A stretch of 64,000 bases of DNA, from the NCBI GenBank assembly GCA_951406725.2, contig OX597836.1:50530001-50594000 (forward strand), written 5' to 3'. Both the position numbers and the translations under genes were made by a program. Below the pieces are notes generated by a model. The model had not been told where the DNA came from. It saw only the letters and a list, made by a program, of their open reading frames with translations, and did no database searches. Positions 39,701-52,867 of this stretch are shown in pieces (within the stretch, counting starts at the first letter, position 1; every line of letters starts with the position of its first letter). The stretch comes from Octopus vulgaris. Its lineage: Eukaryota.

Positions 39701-42700
39701 CTCATTATTCACTGATTGTTAAGTTTCTGGTTAATCCAGTTAACTATTGTTAATCTGTTCTTAAATATCTTTTAATCTGTTATCCAATGTTAATCAACTG
39801 TTTTCTGTTGCTAATCTATCCCAGGAAATCTCTGATGAACTGAAAGGTGAAGCCGGTTCCTTGTTAGCCTTGAAATGTGACCTCAACAATGAGTCTGATA
39901 TCCTGTCTATGTTTGGGACCATCAAGTCCCATTATGGAGGAGTGGATGTGTGCATCAACAATGCAGGACTGGCCCACGCTGAGCCACTGCTTACTGGGGA
40001 CACTAACAAATGGCGGGAGATGTTCAATGTAAGTGGTTTCTTGTCCTTGATTGCTAATGGAAGCAGCCAGCATAGAAAATATTGTTAGAATTATTTTTTG
40101 TTTCCAAGCTTCTTGTGGCAGTGTTATGTTGAGTTTCCCTGCCTTCAAAAATCTTGGTTCTCTGCAAGAATCTATGCCATGATGATTGATATTGAAGCAT
40201 GGATCTTGAAGGTGGAAATTCTACAAAAGTTGCAAAAATATTAGCTCGAAAATGTAGGGTCCATGTGATCTGAAAATGTGCCTTGGTGCGAAAGGCATGA
40301 ATCACCTGTAAGGAAGTTGGCTGCATTGATAAAGATTAATTAACTCAAGATTAATTAGGACTAGACATTTGGATGTGTCGTTTTCTTCATAAACTAAAAT
40401 TAATCTGTAACCTTGGAGACATATCACTGCTGAATGTTTTGTTTGTAATAGTTTATGCAAAGAGTGTAGAAAGGGTTTAAGTCCACCTGGGTAACAACAT
40501 CTCCTTCCAATTTATTGTCAATGAAATAGCTTAACTTTAAACTGATACTCTGTTCGTTACGATGACAAGGATCCCAGTTAATCCGATCAATGGAATGGCC
40601 TGCTTGTGAAATTAATGTGCAAGTGGCTGAGTACTCCACAGACATGTGTGCCCTTAACATAGTTCTCAGGGAGATTCAACAGGACACGGAGTGTAACAAC
40701 GCTGGCCCTTTGAATTTTGCCAGCTGAGTTAACTGGAGCAACGTGAAGTAAAGTGTCTTGCTTGAGGACACACCACACCACTGGGTATTGAACCTAAGAC
40801 CTTATGATCAGGAGCCTAATGCCCTGACCACTAAGCTACCCAGTCCAGATGGATCTAATTAGCTTAACTAGAAATTGAAGCTGGATCATAGATAATACAT
40901 CCAGGACACCAAATCCAAAGCAATCCAATATCCTTCACTCGTAAAACTCCTGTCAATGTATTCCAGACATGCCCACCTCTAAGCGCTGGTTACATATCTG
41001 TACATGGAACCTCAAGAAATGATTAAATGCTATCACTTTCCATTTTTTGTCTGCAGGTGAATGTCTTGGCTCTTAGCATCTGTACAAGAGAATCTTTTAA
41101 ATCCATGACGGAACGAAATGTGATGGATGGTCATTTCATCCACATAAATAGGTCTGCTATTTTGGTTTCTTATATGGTTTAGTGTGGGTGGGGTAACATA
41201 AAACATTGGATCCTAATCGGTGCTGGTCTTTCACTCCTTCTGTTTTTGGGTGGTTTATGTTTTGCTTTATTTGGGTGAGTTGCAGCACTTGCCCAGCCTG
41301 AAGAGCAACAGTCCCAAGTGAGTGACCAGCAATGGTAACATTGCTCCAAATGGGTGCAAAGTACCTCACAACAAACAGCACTTCAAAAATACTATTGTGT
41401 ATCATTTCACGTCCGGGCCATGACTGCTGAGGACATGCGTAAACTCGCAAGGAATGAAGCCAGTATGCTCCGATGGATGTGTAATGTCTGTGCATACTCA
41501 ACAGAGTGTTAGTTCCTTGAGAGAAAGGTTGGACCTAAGAAGCATCAGATGTGGTGTGCAAGAGAGATGACTGCGCTGGTATGGTCATGTGGCGAGAATG
41601 GATGTGGATAGCTGTGTGAAAAAGTGCCAATGATACTATTGTGTATCATTTCACGTCCATGTTACATGCTGTCATGGGTTGGACGATTTGACAGGCTCTG
41701 ATGTGTCCAAGGACTGCTTCCTGCTCCAATGTCTGCTTTGGCATTTTCCTATGGTTGGATGCCCTTCCCAATACCAACCACTTTACAACCTGTGCTGTGA
41801 GGAGGAGTATCTTTATGGTTGGGGATGAGAGAAGGGGCCAGAGCAGAACAGGGCCCTTGCTGTTCAGGAGGAGCTACATGACTACTCCCTTTGTTTTCCC
41901 TGACTTATGAACTCTTAGCTTGTATGAAATGCTCTCTCAATGACTCATCTAATCAGTTTCTGAATCAAAACAGCTTGTCTGAATTTATCTGATTTTATTT
42001 CTATTTTGTGTTTATATTAAAACAAAACAAAAACCAAACCAAACTGTAGTATGTCTGGACACAGAGTGGTCGACTTACCAGATGCTCACTTCTACAGTGC
42101 AACTAAGTTTGCTGTGACTTCACTAATCACAGGACTCAGGAATGAGCTACGAAGACTCGAATCTGATATCAGAGTCACGGTAAGTAATGAGTCTACTTTT
42201 TAACTAAGCTTCACTTATATGTATATATGTGTGTATATAAAATTAATATAGACAGCAGTTAGCAATGTTTTACCAAAAAGGAAAATTATAATTGTCACTG
42301 AATGTGACTAGGGTGTTGAAAAAACACCAACATTGCTAGAAATAAGAGCTAAACCACTCTAATGCTTCTCTATTAGTATATATGTTTTCGTTATCCAAAT
42401 TAGTGAATGATTTAGCGAATGGCTAATGTGTATACATAGAATTAATATAAACAGCAGTTTGCATTGTTTTACCAAAAACAAGAATTATAATCGTTGCTGA
42501 ATGTGAATAAGGTGTTGAAAAACAGTTGCATTGCTTCCGCATTAGAACATGTTAGCTCTTGTTTCTCGCCATGTATGTGTTTCTAACACCCTAGTCACAT
42601 ATAGTGACAATTATAGGTATTTATATATATATATGCATGTATAGATATGTGTGTATATATATATGTATTGATATATATGTATATATATATATATAAATAT

Positions 42701-43821
42701 AACCACTATGTGGTCGACTCTAGCACTAAAAATAGATCCGCTAGGTTTCAGCCATGAAGAATTGTTTCCGATGAAAGTTAGCACGACTACTAGTGCAAAC
42801 GAACAGGGCAAATAAAAATAACAAAAATGCAGATTATTAATAGCGAAACAATTGTCCTGAACTAATCTGCATTTTTGTTATTTTTATTTGCCCTGTTCGT
42901 TTGCGCTAGTAGTCGTGCTAACTTTCATCGGAAACAATTCTTCATGGCTGAAACCTAGCGGATCTATTTTTAGTGCTAGAGTCGACCACATACTCTCTTA
43001 TATTTATGTATAAAATTTATCGTAATCCATGTTTTTTATGCACTAAGCCACTTGGTGTTAAATGGATGTACTATTAAATTAGTATCCAATTTTCTCATCC
43101 TTATTAGTTGATTGATATAAATATATATATATATATATATAAACTAAAATCATTGAACAAGCAAATACAAAGTCAACCGCATGTCATTTCATAATTCGAA
43201 CATTTAATTATAGAATAAACATATAATCCGCAAGATGGAACAAAATTCATATGTACAGCACGTAATAATAATAATATAATATTAATATGGTTTGGTGCAA
43301 GAAAAATTCTTGTTAAAACTTAGAATTAATATTCAAGCGATTCAAAGAGAATACATTTATAAGGACGTAGAAAGTAAAATATAATATAAGTAATATATAA
43401 AAATATATAGGTAAATAAAAATATAGGCATATAAAAATATATAAAACATATATAAATATATATACATATGGGAGCATATAAAAATATAACATATATATAT
43501 ATATATCGTGTAAATAAAGTAAAATAATGTTCATCGTTTAGAAATCTTAATCGGTAAAATAAGCCTTATATATAAGAAGGAAATCATGTTTACTTATCCC
43601 TATGGCCATTTCAGGGGTGTATTATGTTTAAAGCACTAGGGTGCATTTCGATAATACCTCCTTTGTCAGGGGAAAAAACATATATATAAACGCAAAGATA
43701 GCCATCACGCACCAGGCCCGTACGGTGTTGTTTGCTTTCCCACTTTGGTATTCATGCACGGATAACCCAAAGGACAAAGCAGTGAAGAATTTTTTTCCTT
43801 TTAAAAGCAGTAGAGGAAGCG

Positions 43822-43852
<31 letters not shown>

Positions 43853-46800
43853 TTCAAATCAAATTAATTCCAATGAATTAAAATTGAACTAAATTGACTT
43901 AAAAGGAGCCTCCGTGGTTTCAAATCCTGCAAAACTTAAATACTTTTATTTTTCAATTTATTTACTTTCTATATACTCAAAAAGAATGGGTTTCCTTAAC
44001 TAAATTAAACTGACTTAACTGGGTTAAAATTAAATTAAATTAAATTGAGCCTTCGAGGTTTCAATTCCTGCAATATCTAAACCAGTTATTTTTATTTTTT
44101 TACAACTTATCTTTTCGTAAATCCATTACTTACTACAATTTATTTTATTCCCGTAGATTTTCAGGAATGTAGAAGAAAATTTATGTACGCAAAAGGGGAT
44201 AACGTCCGTAAATTTATTCAGAATGTGCGGTCCATAACACCTAAGGATGGTAAGCGATTCCCTTATACATAGCCTACACTTGCTGATGTTTCTCTTGAAG
44301 TTTGGGATTTTAGAAATGATGGACCATTCTAGGAAATAATTCTTATTGTTCTTTCTCAGGTTGTGTATATGCGATGCAAGTGTAGTTGAGTTAAAGTATT
44401 TTTCGTTATTAAAAGAGCTCATGTGTGACCTATATCGCGCCTTAAAATCCATTGTACTACCTATATAAAATTTGTTTAGATTATCTACGTCCCTAACTAC
44501 ACATTTATATATTACGTTGGTAACCAGACATGAACCATCTAAAGGACATAATTTGGGTTTCCTACAGTTACATGTCTTATCGGGGCCTTTCCTAATTTTT
44601 TTCCTATTATTATCCTTACTTATTTTATCTCCAGTTCCAGACGGGTTTTCGCTCATTCCTTCCCTCTAAACGAAGAGATTTTTGAGCAACATGCACCAGT
44701 GTATAATAATGCCCTAAGTTTAAGTGGTTTCAAGTCTAAAATATTCTATATCCTTAATACTAGACTAAAAAACAGGATGGCTGGTTTGCCAATTGAGCAA
44801 GTTGCAATTACTACAGATAAATACAATAATAAATACTGTAATAATAATAGGTTTTTGAATAATAATTATAATAAAAATAATACGTCTAGGAATAATAAGA
44901 GGCCTTTAAATAATAATATGTTTAGGGATAACAGCAGTAAGGGTAGGTATAAGGAAATTAAAAATCCTGATAAGAAGTTAAACAAAACAGGAAGCTCACG
45001 GCCTAGAATAAGGGAAGTTATTTGGTTCGCTCCCCCTTAGAGTAAGGAATTTACCAAAACTATTTTTTAAGATTCTGAAGGAAAACTTCCCAAGGGACCA
45101 CAAATATTATAGCATCTGCAATAAGTCGACAATAAAATTCTCCTATTCTGTAATGCCTAACTTTGCTTCCATTATTGTATTTATCTGTAGTAATTGCAAC
45201 TTGCTCTATTGGCAAACCAGCCATCCTGTTTTTTAGTCTAGTATTAAGGATATAGAATATTTTAGACTTGAAACCACTTAAACTTAGGGCATTATTATAC
45301 ACTGGTGCATGTTGCTCAAAAATCTCTTCGTTTAGAGGGAAGGAATGAGCGAAACCCGTCTGGAACTGGAGATAAAATAAGTAAGGATAATAATAGGAAA
45401 AAAATTAGGAAAGGCCCCGATAAGACATGTAACTGTAGGAAACCCAAATTATGTCCTTTAGATGGTTCATGTCTGGTTACCAACGTAATATATAAATGTG
45501 TAGTTAGGGACGTAGATAATCTAAACAAATTTTATATAGGTAGTACAATGGATTTTAAGGCGCGATATAGGTCACACATGAGCTCTTTTAATAACGAAAA
45601 ATACTTTAACTCAACTACACTTGCATCGCATATACACAACCTGAGAAAGAACAATAAGAATTATTTCCTAGAATGGTCCATCATTTCTAAAATCCCAAAC
45701 TTCAAGAGAAACATCAGCAAGTGTAGGCTATGTATAAGGGAATCGCTTACCATCCTTAGGTGTTATGGACCGCACATTCTGAATAAATTTACGGACGTTA
45801 TCCCCTTTTGCGTACATAAATTTTCTTCTACATTCCTGAAAATCTACGGGAATAAAATAAATTGTAGTAAGTAATGGATTTACGAAAAGATAAGTTGTAA
45901 AAAAATAAAAATAACTGGTTTAGATATTGCAGGAATTGAAACCTCGAAGGCTCAATTTAATTTAATTTAATTTTAACCCAGTTAAGTCAGTTTAATTTAG
46001 TTAAGGAAACCCATTCTTTTTGAGTATATAGAAAGTAAATAAATTGAAAAATAAAAGTATTTAAGTTTTGCAGGATTTGAAACCACGGAGGCTCCTTTTA
46101 AGTCAATTTAGTTCAATTTTAATTCATTGGAATTAATTTGATTTGAAATTTTTTTTTTACCGCTTCCTCTACTGCTTTAAAAGGAAAAAATTCTTCACTG
46201 CTTTGTCCTTTGGGTTATCCGTGCATGAATACCAAAGTGGGAAAGCAAACAACACCGTACGGGCCTGGTGCGTGATGGCTATCTTTGCGTTTATATATAT
46301 GTTTTTTCCCCTGACAAAGGAGGTATTATCGAAATGCACCCTAGTGCTTTAAACATAATACACCCCTGAAATGGCCATAGGGATAAGTAAACATGATTTC
46401 CTTCTTATATATAAGGCTTATTTTACCGATTAAGATTTCTAAACGATGAACATTATTTTACTTTATTTACACGATATATATATATATATGTTATATTTTT
46501 ATATGCTCCCATATGTATATATATTTATATATGTTTTATATATTTTTATATGCCTATATTTTTATATACCTATATATTTTTATATATTACTTATATTATA
46601 TTTTACTTTCTACGTCCTTTTATAAATGTATTCTCTTTGAATCGCTAGAATATTAATTCTAAGTTTTAACAAGAATTTTTCTTGCACCAAACCATATTAA
46701 TATTATATTATTATTATTACGTGCTGTACATATGAATTTTGTTCCATCCTGCGGGTTATATGTTTATTCTATAATTAAATGTTCGAATTATGAAATGACA

Positions 46801-49800
46801 TGCGGTTGACTTTGTATTTGTTTGTTCAATGATTTTAGTTTGATATTTTTGTCTCTTCCAATAGAGCACTTCTATTGCAGTCCTATTAAATCTTTTTGTT
46901 CCTGACAAGAAACAATTATTGTATCGATATACGTATATATATATATATAGATAGATAGATATGTGTGTATATATGTATAATGCACATCTGTGTGTGTATG
47001 TAATGTCTGTATACATGTGCATGCATACACAAACACACACATATATACAGGGGCGTTTGATTATAAACATGCATGTATAGAGACATATGTATATATTTAT
47101 ATATGTGTGTGTGTGTGTGCATGGGTGTCTAAATATGTTTTCCTTGTATGGTTGTGGTTTTGGGGTACAAAGAACATACCTATTATCCCTTTATGGTCTT
47201 TATGGGTTATCAAAGCAATACTCCTTTGCTGTTGAACAATACTCAACATTTGAAATAAAAACTCAACGTTTCTCTTGATCAATTTCTTCTCTTCTTAGTC
47301 CATCAGTCCAGGTTTAGTGGACACAGAATTTGCCTCTCGTCTATTTCCAGACAGAAAAGAAGTTCCAAAGAGAGATTTTAAGGTGTGTATTTTCTTTTCT
47401 TATGTCTACCGATTATAGGTGTAGAAGTATTTGAAGGACAATTCATGTCTATAATCTATCAATGCATTTTATAGAGATTGGATGGCTGAACTAGTCGGTT
47501 ATTCCAATTGAGCTAAATGATCATAGATCAGGAGTTTGGATTAAGAAAAGAATGATACAAGGGTAACATTTACAGTTAAAGACTGGAAAATAGAATTGGA
47601 TAAAAGCACTTCAATAGGCTGTGAGGTTGGGGTATTTGCTTTTCAATCAAGAGGTCTCAGGTTCAGACCTACTACGAGGTACTTTGGGCCAGTGCATTTT
47701 ACTAATAGGCTCCTGATCAACCAAAACCTTGTGAATGGATTTGATAGTTGGAAAATGAAAGAAGCCTATTATGTGTACATGTAGCCTTGTCCTAACGTTG
47801 CATTAGGGTCATAGAAGCAATGTTGTTTGTTTGAAGTCTTCTGTGGATAAACGTGTCCAGCCACGGGGAAGTATTATCTTACTTGCAAACAGGTGACAAT
47901 TGCTCTCAGGAATGGCATCCAACAATAGGAAACCAGCCTCAACTAATTTCGTCTGACCCTTGCAGACATTGAAAAGTGGATGTTAAATCATGATGACGAT
48001 GACAGCAATGGATTGTCAGAGTTCATAGAACTTTGAACAAAATAATTCATAGCATTTGCTTATGTCCTCCTTTTATATTCTGTGTTCAAATCTTGTCCAA
48101 CTGGAATTTGCTGTCTGTAAAATAAGTCCCAGTAAAGACTGAAGTCTGTATATTGGTTCTACACTTCAAGTGTGTGCCCCAGCACGGGCTGTAAAAGAAG
48201 AAAATAATCTTTAAATTTATATAAGAAATTATTATAGTTATAAGGGCTTTTCTTAATTCTGTGTCTTGTAAAAAGTCTGTATTAGCCATGATTTCCTGGT
48301 CTCAAGTTCATGTCCTTATCGAGGTGGTCTTATCAGAAGTTATAGCCATTGTTTAAGTTAAATGATGCGTAACAAAGACCTTGATTCATTATACTACTAC
48401 TACTACTACTACTAGATAATAATAATAATAATAATAATGATGATAATGATAATAATAACTGGTACTTATTTCATCGACCCCAAAAGAATGAAAGGCAAAG
48501 CCAACACTGGTGGAATTTGAACTGACAACATAAACATGGACGAAATACCACTAAGCATTTTGTCCAGGCAGCTAACAATTCTGCCAGCTGACCGCCTGAT
48601 GATAATAAATAATAATAACAACAATAACAACAATGATGATGGTTTCAACTTTTGCCATTAAGGCAGCAATTTTAGGAGTCGATTAGATTGACCCCATATT
48701 TATGTTCTAGCACACACAGATATTGGTAATGAGACTGGACGCAGAAAAGTTTGGTAAAATTTACCTTCCCAATGAGAACACAAGTGTTTCCATGTTTTAA
48801 AGAATTCTCTTCTTACAAAAGACGTTTTTTTTTCTGGCACAAGTTTAGTCTCTCCAAGTAAATATTTCATCTACCAAAGCCTTCACTACTCTCCAAATAA
48901 CTCTTTAAATATGTTTAGTCATAAAAGTGTTTGGATTGATCTGTGGTTTGAATTTCTCATTCATTTTTCAGATTCTTGAATCTGGTGATGTAGCTGATGC
49001 AGTCCTGTTTGCACTTCAGGTACCCAAACACTGTGAGGTGGGTGTCCTTTGATCTCTTTTAATAACCCCTACTTTGTTGAGATTGCAACAAAGATATATT
49101 TGTTGGTGGGTTGAGGGGAGGAGCAGAGTGTTGCAATGAACGAGGGGGAAAATGTTTACAGCAAGTGAAGCAGTTGCACAGTTTGTGTGAGATGTGCAAT
49201 GGCAGCAGTTGTTGAATTGTGTAACTGGAGTGGAATAAGTTCATGCAGCCATTGGTCTTGGTTGGGCTGTGATGGCTGTCATCATCTTGGTCCCTAGCTG
49301 ATGCTCGCTGGCTTCAGCCGTATCACGACGACTCTCAATTTAGCAGATAAACAAACTATAGCTAATGTCTGTCAAAGAAAATGAACAAAAGGCAACATTG
49401 TTAATGACAATCTGTTTCTTCAAGAATTTGAGTGGTCATTTGTTTGCTGACATGACCATGTTTGTGTTATTTTTGATCTGAACAGTAATTCAGGTTCAAT
49501 TCCTAGGCAGTGAGTTGGTGCCTATGCACTTTACCAAATATTCTTGCTCTTAGATTATTGAGTAATCTGATAATACAAATTCTATATCATCTACTTCATA
49601 TAGCGCCTAGATGTTGGGAAAGTACCATCTACAATAAACTGAGGCTGACCAATGCTTTCCTCATCATTATCATTTAATGTCCATGTTCGATGCTGGCAAG
49701 TGTTGGCTGCTTTGGCTGGACCAGATGAGTTGGAGGACTGCATCATTCTCCATTGTCTACTTTGGAATGGTTTCTACAGCTGGATGCCCTTCCTAACACC

Positions 49801-50164
49801 AATCAATTTACAATGTTCTGACTGCTTTTTTCTGGGCACTGTAAAATGTGCAAGACTAAAGAGACCCTGCAACTGTGTAAGAATATAATAGAAAGAGATG
49901 TGTCTTTATGCTAGGTGTTGAGAAGTTAAAAGTATAAACCTCTTGGCATTTAGTATAAAGAAACTTCACTTTCCAACCATAGAAAAATCTGCCTCAACAA
50001 ATTCCTTCTGACTCATAGAAAAGTGGACATTAAATGCTGATGCTTCTGTCTCGTTCCTCTGACAACCCTTCCAATTTGGTCTCTATTAGAAAAGATAAAT
50101 ACCAAATTTTGTTTTCTTTCAGATTAATGAAATTATGATGAGACCAACTAAGCAGGGCTACTGA
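36575..50164 (+). CDS. DHRS11: DHRS11-like short-chain dehydrogenase/reductase, tandem copy B (7 coding exons, 250 aa)
   Basis: Exons 36575-36706, 39825-40028, 41057-41151, 42050-42179, 47299-47382, 48972-49037, 50123-50164. Introns are GT-AG with the same phases as copy A. TGASCGIG, NNAG, INSMSGHR and canonical YSATK are present. Confidence 0.93.
38300..39544 (+). mobile_element. Mariner transposon relic (SETMAR/Mos1-like transposase pseudogene)
   Basis: ELSKHGIRAILLFIFKKGRKAAE, SGRP, KWVPHNL, VTCDEKW, LQDNA, HPAYSPDLSPIDYH, RWQKCVDCHGTYFDE; multiple stops and frameshifts. Confidence 0.88.
39825..40028 (+). CDS. DHRS11: DHRS11-like B exon 2
   Basis: cccag|GAA...AAT|gtaagt; EISDELKGEAGSLLALKCDL...NNAG...WREMFN. 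Confidence 0.92.
41057..41151 (+). CDS. DHRS11: DHRS11-like B exon 3
   Basis: ctgcag|GTG...AATAG|gtctgc; VNVLALSICTRESFKSMTERNVMDGHFIHIN(S). Confidence 0.9.
41410..41630 (+). mobile_element. RTE LINE internal fragment
   Basis: AMTAEDMRKLARNEASMLRWMCNV...LDLRSIRCGVQER*LRWYGHV, homologous to 30150-30370. Confidence 0.8.
42050..42179 (+). CDS. DHRS11: DHRS11-like B exon 4 (active-site exon)
   Basis: ctgtag|T ATG...ACG|gtaagt; (S)MSGHRVVDLPDAHFYSATKFAVTSLITGLRNELRRLESDIRVT; catalytic Tyr codon TAC at 42093-42095. Confidence 0.92.
42707..42992. repeat. Inverted repeat, 130 bp arms and 26 bp spacer
   Basis: 42707-42836 is the near-exact reverse complement of 42863-42992. Confidence 0.9.
43597..43673 (-). 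ncRNA. Type I hammerhead ribozyme motif (G8A variant), left arm copy
   Basis: Reverse complement of 46307-46383. Confidence 0.75.
46307..46383 (+). ncRNA. Type I hammerhead ribozyme motif (G8A variant) in Penelope pLTR, right arm
   Basis: tccc-CTGACAA-aggaggtattat...ataatacacccct-GAAA-tggcca-TA-ggga; stems I and II and a palindromic stem III. Confidence 0.75.
47299..47382 (+). CDS. DHRS11: DHRS11-like B exon 5
   Basis: tcttag|TCC...AAG|gtgtgt; SISPGLVDTEFASRLFPDRKEVPKRDFK. Confidence 0.88.
48972..49037 (+). CDS. DHRS11: DHRS11-like B exon 6
   Basis: tttcag|ATT...GAG|gtgggt; ILESGDVADAVLFALQVPKHCE. Confidence 0.9.
50123..50164 (+). CDS. DHRS11: DHRS11-like B exon 7 (terminal)
   Basis: tttcag|ATT; INEIMMRPTKQGY*; homologous to exon 7 of copy A. 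Confidence 0.87.
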   Translation: MNEIMMRPTKQGY

Positions 50165-52867
50165 AAAACTGACAAAAGCAAAACGAACAGATCGTCCATT
50201 TTCCACTTGACAAGGACACAAGAGAGCATTTGATCACATATGGACCTTGATCTCTGCTTCAGAGCAACCATTTTTTTAAAGACACTACTCCAGTATGACT
50301 ACAATGAGTGAAACAAGTAAAAATTAAAGACATCTTGCCTCGTATCATTAATGTCTTATGAAATTCTATTCCTTTCTTCTTCTCCTCTTTTACTCTCACT
50401 TTCTTTTCTCCCCTAAAAGAAAATTCTAGATGTCTCTAAAATAGTTGAACTTGTAAAAGAAGGTAGCAGGGAGCATTTTGTATTATTCATTCATTCATTT
50501 ATGTCTCCCCATAGAAGACAGGGAATCTATTTCTACACACTGGAGCTCCTTACAGTGGAAGACCTGGTGAGATGCATATACTAGAAGTCCTTATTTATTG
50601 ATGCTGGTGAGGCATCCACTACCAGGGAGTATAAAAAGACTCCATAAGATCAAAAGACTTAGCACCCTTCAAAGCTGACCTCCTAGACATAGTAGCCAAG
50701 GTCCTCTAGACCTTTTCAAATTAGATTGTAAAAAATTGACATTGGAACTTTTAGGAATTCATAAAACTGACATATAATGGTAGAGGCATGGCTGAGTTGT
50801 TAAGAAACTTGCTTTACAACTGTGTAGTTTCTGGGTTCAGTCTCACTGCACAGCACCTTGGACAACTAATGGCCCTGGGTTCACAAATGTCTTGCAAGAA
50901 AATTTGGTGCAAAGAAACTGTGTGGAAGCTCAATGTGTGTGTGTATACATATAAAATTGTGTGCATTTTTGTCCCCTCCATCACTGCAAGAACTAATAAA
51001 CACAAATTATAGAGAGGAGAATGAAACTGTGCTCCATATTGTTCCTTTTTCTCCCAACCATTTTTCACATCCAGCAGATTCTTGTACCAATATTTCTAAG
51101 CCTCTTTCTTCTCATCATTAGCCAGGCTAAGTGTGCTGTTACTGATAATTCAAGCCCTCTCCACCACCCGACATCTTCATTTACCTTCTGTATATTGGTT
51201 CTACACTTCAAGTGTGTGCTCCAGCAGGGGCTGTAAATTATTCCCCAATCGTGATTCTGCTGATTTTTTTCTTACAGACCCTTGGCAAACAATTTCTTTC
51301 CTGCTTCTCTTCAAGCTACAGGATATAGTTCTTTCCTACCTGCTCTCTCTTCCAGTATTTCCTTCTCTCTCTCTCTTTCAGCCTTTATTGCTCCATCTAC
51401 AGTGCCACGGTGGCACCATGTTGCCTTATATCATCTTACTGCAACAACTGAACTTGTCTGTAGCTTTTGGTAGGTTGTGCCGTAAAACTCTCACTTGTCC
51501 TCTTATAAATTTCCTTTCCATTAATCATCTTGTTTCTTCCAGAATAATTCTAAACATAAATTTAGAAAAGAAGACATGTTCCATTTAACCCCGTCTCCTT
51601 TCTATCCCACATTCATGTCCCTATTGTCCCCTTGTATGTTGTTGGTGTGACTAAGGATGGCAGTGGATCTCCACTCAGTATTCTCTCTAAAGTGTTGCCC
51701 GTCCCACTTGACTTTTGGATTCCTCAGAGCCCAGTCTGGAGCAATAACTTGGACCAATTTTATAATGTGAAGATAACTTCTCTCAACCAGCAGAAGCAAT
51801 CTCCATCCGAGGTCACCCAACTGCTTGAAACAGCAGCAAAATCTCCCTCGCTCAAGACTTACCTGTTATAAAGTGGTCTTTTGCTACTGTTGTATCTGTC
51901 TTTTGTATGACGGTTGTCAACAGAATGTTTTTCTATCTGGCACTGTATGACCCCAAGTCGTACACTGTTATCCTCAAAAGTCCACTCAGTATCACAGTGT
52001 AATTACCTGCTCAGCCCAGTCATGACTCTCAACACAGTCTACACATACTCTCCCGATACCAGCTGACGTCACCTTACTTATAGTGACTGGGTCATTCGAC
52101 TTGTCACGTGGGAGAGGTGTACCACTATTACTAATTCCCTACAACATTACCATCTTAGAACAAGAAAGATGTATTGAATCATTATTTAACATTTGCTTCC
52201 CAAGCTGGCATGAGTCAGATGTTTTGATGGGGTTTGATGGGTCACAGAAGCTGCATCTGGCTCCAATGTCAGCTTTGGCATGGTTTCCCTGGTTGGATGC
52301 CCTTCCTAATGCCAACCACTTTACAGAGTGTACTGGGTGCTTTACTTTCCTGACACTGGCACAAGTGAGGTTGGCAAATAACTCGCAAGACAAAGAAACG
52401 GAAAGAGAAACGGAACAATGAAAAGGAGGGTCCCTGGCAGTGAGGAATAAGTAGATAAGCAACAAAAAAAATAAATTAAACAAAAGCCAATCAGTTGAAT
52501 TACACATATTTAATTAATCCAAACATTTTTACACCTAAAAAAGACAAACACTACATTGGTTGGTTAATTTCCAGGTGATTGTTGTTGTTGTTGTGGTGGT
52601 GGTGGTGTTGTGGTGTTGTTGTTGCTCTCCAAGTGCTTTGTGTCTTTCTCAAGGTTTGTGAAATCAGCTTCATTCAGTCCTACCAAAACTAACCAACCTA
52701 TCAAGTGTTTCTTCTTGTTTTGCTAACAATCTTTTGTCATTTTTATAAGAAGAGAGGGAAAGCGGGGGATAAAGTAAAGGGATTTCTTTTTTGTAAATGA
52801 GTAAATATATATTTTTCAAACAACCATATGAAAGAAAGAAAGGAAAAAAACCATAGGTAGGTACCAA

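Larger units (their letters stand above)
43141..46841. mobile_element. Penelope-like element arranged as a 3.7 kb palindrome (arms ~1.69 kb, spacer ~340 bp)
   Basis: 43141-44830 is nearly identical to the reverse complement of 45171-46841. Each arm encodes a GIY-YIG domain (CNCRKPKLCPLDGSC..VIYKC..YIGST..FKARYRSH..CRLCIRE). The centre has post-RT motifs NEEIFEQHAPVYNNAL, VIWFAPP and KFSYSVMPN. Confidence 0.92.

Noticed and set aside
52620-52680. Second ATGA...AAA motif in the GPx 3'UTR as another SECIS
   Set aside because: I could not form helix II or find a correctly placed 3' GA for the quartet.
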